Virus record (IMG/VR): IMGVR_UViG_3300008120_000033
Direction: 5' to 3' (one strand)
DNA length: 64,000 bases
Origin: an uncultured virus (IMG/VR IMGVR_UViG_3300008120_000033)
Taxonomy: Duplodnaviria > Heunggongvirae > Uroviricota > Caudoviricetes
Shown here: one piece after another, positions 7,947-16,967 of the stretch
How the letters are laid out: the number at the start of each line of letters is the position of its first letter
Position numbering within the stretch: the stretch's first letter is position 1
Position numbers and translations under genes: made by a program
The notes under the pieces: model-generated
Seen by the model: only the letters and a program-made list of their open reading frames with translations
What the model was told of the DNA's origin: nothing
Database searches by the model: none

Positions 7947-10900
7947 ATGCCAGGTGAGGTTTTTGAATACAAGACAACTGCGCTAGGCACTGCCGAGGGC
8001 AAGGCCGACTCAGTTAACCTCAATGAGGCGCAGGGTATTGTCGAGTGTTTCGTTGCTGGCATCGGAAACAAGGACTCAGTTGGTGACATCGTTGCCACTG
8101 GTGCTTTTACAAAGAGCTTGATGCGTAGAAAACCACGTGTTGTATGGGGCCATAACTGGAATGACCCGATTGGTAAAGTTCTAGAGATTTACGAAGTTCC
8201 TCCCACCGATAATCGCTTGCCAATGAAGATGAAAATGGCTGGAATTGGTGGACTTTTTGCTCGCGTCCAGTTCAATCTTCAGTCCGAGAAGGGCCGGGAA
8301 GCCTTTGCAAATGTTGCCTTTTTTGGCGAGGAGCAAGAGTGGTCAATTGGTTACAAGACGCTACGCGCTCAGTATGACCAGAAATCTCAGGCAAATGTCA
8401 TCTTTGAGCTTGAACTATACGAAGTCTCCCCCGTTCTGCATGGTGCAAACCAGCTAACTGGAACAATCTCAGTTAAGTCAGATGAAAAGGGCGGAATGAT
8501 GACCCCATCACCGATGATGATGATGGAAGAAGACGAGACAGACGAAATCCAAAAGCAGCTATCGATGGTTATCGGTTCAAAGGTCATGATTGATGACGTT
8601 GCTGATGACATGATTACCTTCTCGCGTAGGGAAGACGAAGGAAAAGTGGGCAAGTACAAGTGCCACTACAGCCGTGGACCTGCCGGATTTATGTTTGGCC
8701 CACCACAGCGTGTTCCTATGGCTCCAAAGCCAATGCCAATGATGCCAATGGCTTCACCTGGAATGCCGTCAGTCCCAGAAAGAATTATGCGTCCTTCGCA
8801 GATGCCGGGAATCCCTGTTGCAATCAAGCCAGGCGAGGCTGGGATGCAAATAGTTCCGCTTCCGCCAGTTGATTACGAGGACTCAGGTAAAAAGCCTCGT
8901 CCGCAGTTCGACCCGAACAATATCGACTCAGAAGAGGCTGACCTCCGCGATTCTCTTCTTAAGATAGTTAAGCGCTATGGCAAGTTTAATGAAGACGCTG
9001 ATGGCGTTTGGGCTGGGTACACATCGGCCGCAGAAAATGATGTCAAGAACATCGGCGTCAAGTGCGCCAACTGCGTATTTTTCAAGGGTGGGAACTCTTG
9101 CCAGATAATCGACCTCGACATTGAATCTGAAGGTAAGTGCAGATTTGCAGTCATTCCTAAGGGTGTAGTCAAGGGTGATGTTGTCATCAAGAAGTCTTAC
9201 GAATACCAGACAGAAGCAAATGAAGAGGATTACCTTGAGGACCTTGAGGTTAAGTATCCAGGCGAACTAGCCGTAGCTGCTCTAAGAGGAATTATTGGGC
9301 GTAAGCGCAAGAAGAATCGTAAATACAAGAGCCTCGCTGACTTCGGTCGCGAGGGCGATGACATGAATGGCGCATACTGCATTCCGGTAATGCCGCAGTA
9401 TGCGTTCCGTGTAAAGCAGGCTCTCGACCCAATTTTTGATTACCACTATGCCGACGCTTATGTGGATACGGATGGAATTGTTATCACTTCGGGGGCCAGC
9501 TTTGAGCTCATCGACGCAATTGATACCGCGCTTGATAATTTAAAAAAAAAATCCTTAAATGATGGTGGCATAGAAGAAAAGGCTATTGGCTACCGCCTAG
9601 GCAGGGCAATTGGTAGCCGAATGGTTGACCGACCAAATCTTGGTGGCGGTCGCTCTCGTGGAAGATTCTTCACCAGCTCTGGTGCTCAGGACTTTGACCC
9701 ATTCACCGCAAGAGACGTTGACCTTGATGGAATTGTTGGTGAGGGCCTATTCATGCGAGGCACACCCCTTGCGCAGGCCGACCCAACCCCAGACGGTCCT
9801 GGCTCAATACGCAACCCAAAGCCATCCCCCGAGCAGCTCAAGAAGCCAGGCGCACCTGGCGCGCCAGTATCAAAGCCAGCAACAGGACTTTCGAGTGGAA
9901 AGCTCTATGAGGTTCCACGTGTGGATGACCCAGATGTTGCGTCGTTTGACAAAATGGCCATGGCTGAAGAGCAGAGAGAACAGCTACAGGGTGTTCTTGA
10001 TGGGGCAAGTGACCCAGACCAAATAAAGAGACTGCGTAAGGCAATCAACGAACTCGACAAATACATGAATCGTGTCGAGAAGATGTCAGAGCGCGAAATG
10101 CGTCAGCAGGATGCTGGAGACGTAACCAAACTCTCAAGCGGTTACCAGCGCTTCCTCAGCACCCCAGACAATAAGCGTAGCGATTTTGACAAGGTTAAGT
10201 ATCAGGGCCCACTCAACAAGTTCAAAGAAGGTGAAAGACTTTCCTCTGGAAAGGTTCTTGACTCCGACAATGTAACCCCAGAAGAGCAAAAGCAAATTCT
10301 GGATGATGTTTATGCCAAGATGACAGAGCAGATTATTACTGCTCTTGAAGAAATTGCCAAGAATCCAGGCAATGCGAGATGGGAAATCCCGTGGCGCCAA
10401 CTGGAAATCATGGCGAGAAACGCAACTGGCCAGAAGCGTGTTTATCAGGGAACAAACCAGCTGATGCTGACACTAATCAGCAGCGCTAGGGGCTACAAGA
10501 CGAATCGCTGGGCCGGAGCTGGTCAGTGGAAAAAGATTGGCGGCAAAATAAGCAAGGAGGCCATGGAAAAGCGTGGCGTCCAGATTCTTGCTCCGAACAA
10601 AACAGAGACAGCCATACTCGATAGGGATGGAAATGTAGTTGGCAGCTATCGCGGCTTCCACACAACCACAGTCTGGAACGTCGCAGACGTTGAGGGTCTC
10701 CCACCAGAAATGTATGAATTAGATGATGTTCTTCAGTTGTCACCAGAGCAGAGACTCCAGGACCTGGAAGATGTAATCAAAGAAATTGCTCCAGCATGGA
10801 AGGAAGTCAAGGGCAATAGGGCTTTCTATAGCCCAATGGCTGACGAAATCACAATGCCGCAGTTTGAGCAGTTCAAGGACCCATTGAACTTCTACTCAAC

Positions 10901-13900
10901 GCTATTCCACGAGACCGTTCACTGGACATCACACCCATCAAGAATGAACAGAAAACTTGGCAAACAGTTTGGTGATGCTGATTATGCATTCGAAGAACTT
11001 ATTGCCGAGATTGGTTCGGCATTTGCTCTTGGCGCAATGGGTGTTGAAGCTCCAGTGAGAAAAGACCACGCACCGTACTTGGCTTCATGGCTCCAGGCTC
11101 TACGTAGCCGTCCAGAGGCATTGAAAGACGCAATTACTCAAGCTCAGCAGGCTGTTGACTTCCTGATGAATCGTTCGGCAACCATGCGCAAGCGTGCTGG
11201 TATTCCGGATGGCGAGCGCAAGGGCAAGGACGAGGCAACCGCTGAAGTCCCAATGATTGTTGGATTTGAGGATTCACCAAAGATTCCGACAATTGGTGGC
11301 GTGCGTGGAACATTTGGCGACGAAGACATTGAGGACATAGTTCCTCCAGCTCCAGCAGAAAAGCCAAAGAGAACGAGGAAGGGCTCAAAGGCCTCCGGCG
11401 AGGCTTCAACCGAGGCCCTGTCTAGCGGCGCAATGATGAGCAACCTCAATACCGTTGATGAAGACATTATCGGCGGCGGCTATATCCGTCGTGAGGGTCG
11501 CGACGGGTTAGCTAAGGACGTATCTGGACGCTTGTCCAGTGGTGCATCGCGTGGTTCAGTCCAGCATAGGAGCGGTGACGAAGCTCGTGCCGTAAAACGC
11601 TCACCAGGAACGGCACATTTCGGAAGCCTATATGGATTCTCTTATGAGCCAACAGAGCAGCAGAAAGACATCATCGATACTGGTCTTGCTTTAATGTTTG
11701 GCGAGCAAAAAGGCATCATGACTGTTTCTGCTGGTGCCGGCTCAGGGAAAACAACAACCCTCAAGGCATTGATGGCCGCAGCTGAACGCGAGTTTGATAT
11801 CACGCGATTCATTAATCGACCGGAAGCCCTAAAGGAAAAACTGGATTTCATCTCCGAGAAGTACAGCACCGATGATGACAAGTTTGACCTTTCCTCAATG
11901 TCGGAAGAGGACAGGGATACAAAACTTTCTGAACTTAGAGACAAATTTAAGTCACCAACGGCGTACTACGTTGTTTTCAACAAGAAGAATGAAGAAGAGG
12001 CTGCTGCTGAATTCAGCGACAACACTGGTGTATCAACACTAAACAGGCTGTCTTGGTGGTCATTGTTGCTCGGTCAGGGTGACGAAAAGTATGGCAAGAA
12101 GTTCCGCGACAAGGTAAAAATTTCCACCCAGGATAGAGGGACATTTGCCAGAAGAGACAAAGACGGAAAACTTCAAACAATCAAGTTCACAAAAGTTGAT
12201 GGAACAGAGGGTGAGACGGTTGGGTACGACCCGGGCTGGAGAGACCTTGGTTATTTGAAGCTATCTGACTCAAACGGCTGGATTAAAGCACTCAAGCTCA
12301 CCGATAGAGAAGAGTTCTCTGCTGGCAAGGGTGCCGGAATGCCAACCCCAATAGCGGGAGTAAATCTAACAGTTAGAGACTATGCAGACATTCTTAACAA
12401 GGCACTCAAGGCATTCGCAAACAGTGCTGACGAGAAAATCGGCCCACAGCACTTCAAGAGAGCAGACATCAACAAGGGCAGAGCATCTGATTCAATTGTT
12501 GACACTGAATGGCCTTCAATTCCAGACCAGTGGTTGAAAGACGCCAATGATGGTTGGAACATGGTTACCGACCCGGACAGCATCGTCCTTCCAGACCAAG
12601 GGCAGACAGACAAACTCTGGGCGATGACCGACCCAGACCTGAGAAGCGACCCTGGCTTGATTGGTCATGCCACAGGAAAAGACCTAGAGGCAAACGTTCA
12701 GGTTCCAAAGGAAACAAAAGTTGGGGACATTCTCCCTGACGGACGTGTGGTTATCTCTGTAAAGACAGGCCAGAAAGGCAAGAACTTCCAGGCCACGGTC
12801 GCGCGGAGATACGCAACTAAGGATAACCCGCTGTCAATGTTCATGATTGACGAAGCTCAAGATATGAACCCAGTAATGGAGCAGGTGTTAAATAAGAACA
12901 GAGACAATCTCTCTATTCTACTTGTTGGCGACAAGAGGCAAGCAGTTTATGCGTTCCGTGGTGCTAAAGACATTCTTTCCTCACTAAACGGCGACTATGA
13001 CCTCCCATTGAATGAGTCGTTCCGTTATGGACCAACTGTTGCTTGGTTGGCAAACCTGATTCAGTCACAGGGCAATATTGACGATTCTGAATTGGGAATA
13101 GAAGACAGATTCCACCACGTTGCCGGTTTGGCTGTTGATGTAATCAACAACGACTTCGACATGGATGGCCTTTCCCCAGAAAGAGCCCGCGAAGCCTTAG
13201 TAAAGATTGAGTCAAAGTACAAGAGCGACAGAATCAGAATTGCCCAAAAAGGCATTCGTGATGATTTCGATATGACAAGCATGACTGTTGACCAGAGAAG
13301 AGAAAAGCTCAAAGCAGCAGACAAGAAGTACAAGACAAAGCTTGCATCTTTGTCTGATGATGAAATTGTTTCAGGTATTGAAATCAACAAGGCTCTCTCC
13401 AAGGAGCTCCGAAAAGTAGAAGATAGTTACGTTGCTCTTGCCGATATGGACGAGGCAGCAAGAAGCAAGGAGCTTGCGTCACTAAAGGATGTTCTTTCAA
13501 AAGAAGCAGCTGGTGAGTTTGTTGCCGACATGAAGGACGCTGACGCAATCCTTACGCGCGATAATGCAACAATTATTTATGAAGCATTGCAGTTCATCCA
13601 AAACTTCCAGCCGAGATTCACCAGAAACGGACAGGAACTCCCTCCCGTTGTGATGATTCCAGCGACAAAACACAGAGAAATGAAAGCATTCTTTGAGCAC
13701 TTGTCGTTCGTAATGGATACACCGGTAGATAAGCAGATAGAGCTGACAAAGAAGGGGTTGCGCCCGAAAGCGTCTTCATGGATTGGTGATGTTTGGGATG
13801 CTGGCGAAATAAAGCGCAGGGCTCAACAAGAGCAGTATGCACAGCTCAAGTCAATGTACAAGCTTGTTACTCGCGGCAATAAAAACCTCGGAATCCCACC

Positions 13901-16850
13901 ACGCAGGGCATGGGAATACCGAAACATGTTCGCTAATGGCGTAACGCCAGGAATCAAGGCGCCAGTCATTGTTCCAGAGAGAAAGATGCTCAATCTTTCC
14001 AAGCTCAAGGACGTAAATGTTGATGACCTAAAGACCATATCTGCACAGCGCGGAACGGGTTTCACCTCAACGTCAACAGCAAGTCGTGCCAGAAGATTTG
14101 AGGTAATTCCAGACACAACCGGTAAAGGAAAGAGCAAGGTTCAGTGGCACCTCCAGCTCGCGGATGTGAACGGAAAGCGTGAGGGCGAATGGACGGGGGC
14201 CATTGAGTTATTTGACTGGGGCATTGATAGCGGTGGTGAATACACCGATACCAAGACTGGAAAAGTCGTAAAAGCGCCACAGGGTGTCTACTTCAGAGAC
14301 ATGATGAGAATCCTAGAGGATAGTGATTACTACGGTGGAAAAGTCCAATTCAAGAAGAACGGTCTCCGAAACAAGGAAGGTTCTGGAAAAGAGTTTGGAG
14401 ACACTGTTGTTATCAAGGGCGATACCGACGAAGAAACTGCTTTTATTCTCAACGACATAGTAAGCCGCATGAGGACTTCAGCAAAAACGCCAAATGCTGA
14501 CGTTGAAATAACAACCGCGCAGCTATCCAAGGGTAGAGAGTGGGATAGGGTCCGCGTTGCTTCTGACTTCCGTAATCCTCCAGACCTCGACATAGACCCA
14601 GAAACTGGAAAACCAGTTGAGAGTCGCTCCAGAAGAGAGGAACTCAACATTGTTTATGTTGCTCTAACTAGAGCAAAGAGAGCAATCGACCCGGGCAAGG
14701 CAATATACGACCTTTACCTCTCTGACACTGTGTCGGCAAGACAAAGGGAGGCAATCGACAAGGCTATTGAGGACGGCAGAATGCCCGACTATCTCAATAA
14801 GCCGGAAGGCCTGTTTGACCCATACTCTGGGGAAATAAATGCACCAACACCAACAATCGAAGACGACGACGATGAGCCTGGCGACTACGAAGTTGGTGGT
14901 GGCGATGATGGCAAGTCAATTGACGACATAATCAAAGAAAAAGAAGAGGAAAAAGAAGACGAAGACGCCAGCATCGACGGAATCGAAGACATCGGTGACG
15001 AGGACGCGTCCAATAGTCCAGACATGGACCAGTTCGTTGACTTCCTTTCCTCTGGTCGCTCAGGTCGCGGACGCAGAAACCGCAGACTAAATCGTTCCCG
15101 TCAAACCCCATGGTCCGACGAAGACAGGCAAAGATTTGCTGACCGTGACAGGCTGAGGGCAAATCGTCGCCCTGGCAAGCGGAATGATGGTCCGTCGCCA
15201 GAAGAGTTCTTCTCTAGCGGTCGTACCGATGTGGAGCTAGAAGGAAGATTTGGTCGCAGACTGCGCCAGGGCGGAGCTCAGCGCGCACCAAGGAATGCAA
15301 GACCAAGCACACAAGGAATTGCAGGTCTGAGGTTGTCTGGAAACCCAGAAACAAACTCTAAAGCTAGACGCGAACTCGATTATTCAATGCGCGTATGGGA
15401 CGGATTCAAGAGAACCGGCATAGCCCTTGACGTGAATAGTGATGATTCTGGAACTGATGCAAGACAGAGACAGATTCGCGAAGCGATGAACAACGTTTCA
15501 CAGAGAATGGCAGACAGACCACAAATTACTGTTGGTAGCGTTTCGTCAAACAACCCTAACCAGAACCCAACAGCCTCAACATGGATGCTCTCCACGGAAA
15601 AACTGAAGGATACGATAAGAATTCCAACGGAATACTCTGTCCAGACCGACCCAGGAACCGGAAGAAAAGACATTACTTGGACCCAATCGCGTCCACTAAG
15701 CAATGATGAGCTGGCATCCCTGCTGAACCTTGACAAGCCAAATGCGGCAAAACTTTCGGACCCCGATGCCGGAATTAACCACGATGCGGTACGCATGCTT
15801 GTTGCCGAACTTGGAAAACAGCCAGAGTTTGCTGGATGGAGGCTTTTTGCCCCTGTCACAAGAGCAGACGAAGACTTTGCTGAAATGAACGTAATGGAAC
15901 GATTTGCGGAAAATCTTGGCAGGGCCAACATGCGTGACCGATTCATAATCGAAACATTTGGCAAGGACGCATTCCCACACTGGTTTGACGAGGAAGAAAA
16001 TAACCCAATCTCCCCAGAGGAATACGATTCACTTGGTGAGGTGAGCAGGGTTTCACAATTCCGTGCTAGCGGCCGATTCGATAAAGATAGCGCCACCAGG
16101 GGTGACTCACCAGTTGAGGAAATGCTCATGGAGGAGTCAATTGATGAGGCAGAACTTCCTGACATACAGGAGCCAGATGTTTCTGCGGAGGAGCTAAGGG
16201 CTGACAAGACTGCGCGCAAGGACTTTGAACTTGACGCTCTTCTCAAGTATCTGGGTATCCCAGAAAAGGGATGGCAACAGAGAATGCGCGAAAGACTGCA
16301 GCAGTCGTTCGGCATGGATGATGTTGGTCTTGGCGCACAGAGTGACTGGAAGAAAAACGGAGTTCCAATCGCGTATATCAACCAGATGATAAAGGCTGGT
16401 CTCATTCCAGACGCCAGTTCTGTTTGGCGAGATGGAGACTCCGGTTCAAAACTGGATTCAGAACTCAGCAACGCGAAACATGCTGTTTATGAGGCACTTA
16501 ATGAATTTATTGACAAGAGTTTTCCGAATTCGCCGCAAAACAGCACAAAAACGCGCAACTACATAACAAACAGCACAGATATGGCCCTATATCTGTCGGA
16601 GTCAGCAAAGAGAAAAGGTTCCGTATTCAGCCCAAGAAAGGGCGATGAACCAAGATTCAGCAGCAACGAGCTACAACAGATTGTCAACAGATTCAATGAA
16701 GCATTTGGAACGAATCACACCATTGAAGACATCTTCAGTAGAGAGCAGCTAGAGACAGCACGCAGAAGAATTGAAGAGGATGGCGAGACACTCTCTGGAA
16801 AAAAACGAGAGAGAAGAAAGGTTAAGCCAGACAATTTCGCCAACGATTAA
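7947..16850 (+). CDS. 2967-aa polyvalent protein: HK97-type prohead protease + Cys4 (HiPIP-like) module + ArdC-like ssDNA-binding/zincin + UvrD-like SF1 helicase + unknown modules
   Basis: DSVGDIVATGAF, WGHNWNDPIG, WSIGY, LYEVSPVLHGAN (protease); CANC..C..C at 9063-9140; W.IPW..Y.G.N..L, HETVHWT (10908), YAFEELIAE; AGAGSGKTT (11730), DEAQD (12849), VGDKRQAVYAFRG, SFRYG, KGREW, YVALTRAK. Confidence 0.88.
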   Translation: MPGEVFEYKTTALGTAEGKADSVNLNEAQGIVECFVAGIGNKDSVGDIVATGAFTKSLMRRKPRVVWGHNWNDPIGKVLEIYEVPPTDNRLPMKMKMAGIGGLFARVQFNLQSEKGREAFANVAFFGEEQEWSIGYKTLRAQYDQKSQANVIFELELYEVSPVLHGANQLTGTISVKSDEKGGMMTPSPMMMMEEDETDEIQKQLSMVIGSKVMIDDVADDMITFSRREDEGKVGKYKCHYSRGPAGFMFGPPQRVPMAPKPMPMMPMASPGMPSVPERIMRPSQMPGIPVAIKPGEAGMQIVPLPPVDYEDSGKKPRPQFDPNNIDSEEADLRDSLLKIVKRYGKFNEDADGVWAGYTSAAENDVKNIGVKCANCVFFKGGNSCQIIDLDIESEGKCRFAVIPKGVVKGDVVIKKSYEYQTEANEEDYLEDLEVKYPGELAVAALRGIIGRKRKKNRKYKSLADFGREGDDMNGAYCIPVMPQYAFRVKQALDPIFDYHYADAYVDTDGIVITSGASFELIDAIDTALDNLKKKSLNDGGIEEKAIGYRLGRAIGSRMVDRPNLGGGRSRGRFFTSSGAQDFDPFTARDVDLDGIVGEGLFMRGTPLAQADPTPDGPGSIRNPKPSPEQLKKPGAPGAPVSKPATGLSSGKLYEVPRVDDPDVASFDKMAMAEEQREQLQGVLDGASDPDQIKRLRKAINELDKYMNRVEKMSEREMRQQDAGDVTKLSSGYQRFLSTPDNKRSDFDKVKYQGPLNKFKEGERLSSGKVLDSDNVTPEEQKQILDDVYAKMTEQIITALEEIAKNPGNARWEIPWRQLEIMARNATGQKRVYQGTNQLMLTLISSARGYKTNRWAGAGQWKKIGGKISKEAMEKRGVQILAPNKTETAILDRDGNVVGSYRGFHTTTVWNVADVEGLPPEMYELDDVLQLSPEQRLQDLEDVIKEIAPAWKEVKGNRAFYSPMADEITMPQFEQFKDPLNFYSTLFHETVHWTSHPSRMNRKLGKQFGDADYAFEELIAEIGSAFALGAMGVEAPVRKDHAPYLASWLQALRSRPEALKDAITQAQQAVDFLMNRSATMRKRAGIPDGERKGKDEATAEVPMIVGFEDSPKIPTIGGVRGTFGDEDIEDIVPPAPAEKPKRTRKGSKASGEASTEALSSGAMMSNLNTVDEDIIGGGYIRREGRDGLAKDVSGRLSSGASRGSVQHRSGDEARAVKRSPGTAHFGSLYGFSYEPTEQQKDIIDTGLALMFGEQKGIMTVSAGAGSGKTTTLKALMAAAEREFDITRFINRPEALKEKLDFISEKYSTDDDKFDLSSMSEEDRDTKLSELRDKFKSPTAYYVVFNKKNEEEAAAEFSDNTGVSTLNRLSWWSLLLGQGDEKYGKKFRDKVKISTQDRGTFARRDKDGKLQTIKFTKVDGTEGETVGYDPGWRDLGYLKLSDSNGWIKALKLTDREEFSAGKGAGMPTPIAGVNLTVRDYADILNKALKAFANSADEKIGPQHFKRADINKGRASDSIVDTEWPSIPDQWLKDANDGWNMVTDPDSIVLPDQGQTDKLWAMTDPDLRSDPGLIGHATGKDLEANVQVPKETKVGDILPDGRVVISVKTGQKGKNFQATVARRYATKDNPLSMFMIDEAQDMNPVMEQVLNKNRDNLSILLVGDKRQAVYAFRGAKDILSSLNGDYDLPLNESFRYGPTVAWLANLIQSQGNIDDSELGIEDRFHHVAGLAVDVINNDFDMDGLSPERAREALVKIESKYKSDRIRIAQKGIRDDFDMTSMTVDQRREKLKAADKKYKTKLASLSDDEIVSGIEINKALSKELRKVEDSYVALADMDEAARSKELASLKDVLSKEAAGEFVADMKDADAILTRDNATIIYEALQFIQNFQPRFTRNGQELPPVVMIPATKHREMKAFFEHLSFVMDTPVDKQIELTKKGLRPKASSWIGDVWDAGEIKRRAQQEQYAQLKSMYKLVTRGNKNLGIPPRRAWEYRNMFANGVTPGIKAPVIVPERKMLNLSKLKDVNVDDLKTISAQRGTGFTSTSTASRARRFEVIPDTTGKGKSKVQWHLQLADVNGKREGEWTGAIELFDWGIDSGGEYTDTKTGKVVKAPQGVYFRDMMRILEDSDYYGGKVQFKKNGLRNKEGSGKEFGDTVVIKGDTDEETAFILNDIVSRMRTSAKTPNADVEITTAQLSKGREWDRVRVASDFRNPPDLDIDPETGKPVESRSRREELNIVYVALTRAKRAIDPGKAIYDLYLSDTVSARQREAIDKAIEDGRMPDYLNKPEGLFDPYSGEINAPTPTIEDDDDEPGDYEVGGGDDGKSIDDIIKEKEEEKEDEDASIDGIEDIGDEDASNSPDMDQFVDFLSSGRSGRGRRNRRLNRSRQTPWSDEDRQRFADRDRLRANRRPGKRNDGPSPEEFFSSGRTDVELEGRFGRRLRQGGAQRAPRNARPSTQGIAGLRLSGNPETNSKARRELDYSMRVWDGFKRTGIALDVNSDDSGTDARQRQIREAMNNVSQRMADRPQITVGSVSSNNPNQNPTASTWMLSTEKLKDTIRIPTEYSVQTDPGTGRKDITWTQSRPLSNDELASLLNLDKPNAAKLSDPDAGINHDAVRMLVAELGKQPEFAGWRLFAPVTRADEDFAEMNVMERFAENLGRANMRDRFIIETFGKDAFPHWFDEEENNPISPEEYDSLGEVSRVSQFRASGRFDKDSATRGDSPVEEMLMEESIDEAELPDIQEPDVSAEELRADKTARKDFELDALLKYLGIPEKGWQQRMRERLQQSFGMDDVGLGAQSDWKKNGVPIAYINQMIKAGLIPDASSVWRDGDSGSKLDSELSNAKHAVYEALNEFIDKSFPNSPQNSTKTRNYITNSTDMALYLSESAKRKGSVFSPRKGDEPRFSSNELQQIVNRFNEAFGTNHTIEDIFSREQLETARRRIEEDGETLSGKKRERRKVKPDNFAND
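9539..9551 (+). other. Candidate slippery site T-TTA-AAA-AAA-AAA (A10)
   Basis: X-XXY-YYZ heptamer in phase with the ORF; longest A-run noticed in window; both shifted frames stop within a few codons. Confidence 0.5.
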
Positions 16851-16967
16851 CAGGCAAGCAAATTAGCAAACGTTACTAATTAGCGCGCAAGGTTCTGATA
16901 CGTTATAATTTAAGCAAATTGATTGGTTAATGTCCCTATGGCATTTCCCTGCATTTACGGGAGTTCT

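Noticed and set aside
15380..16471. 363-aa minus-strand ORF and many similar Ser-rich antisense ORFs
   Set aside because: Shadows of long plus-strand genes; no motifs or translation signals
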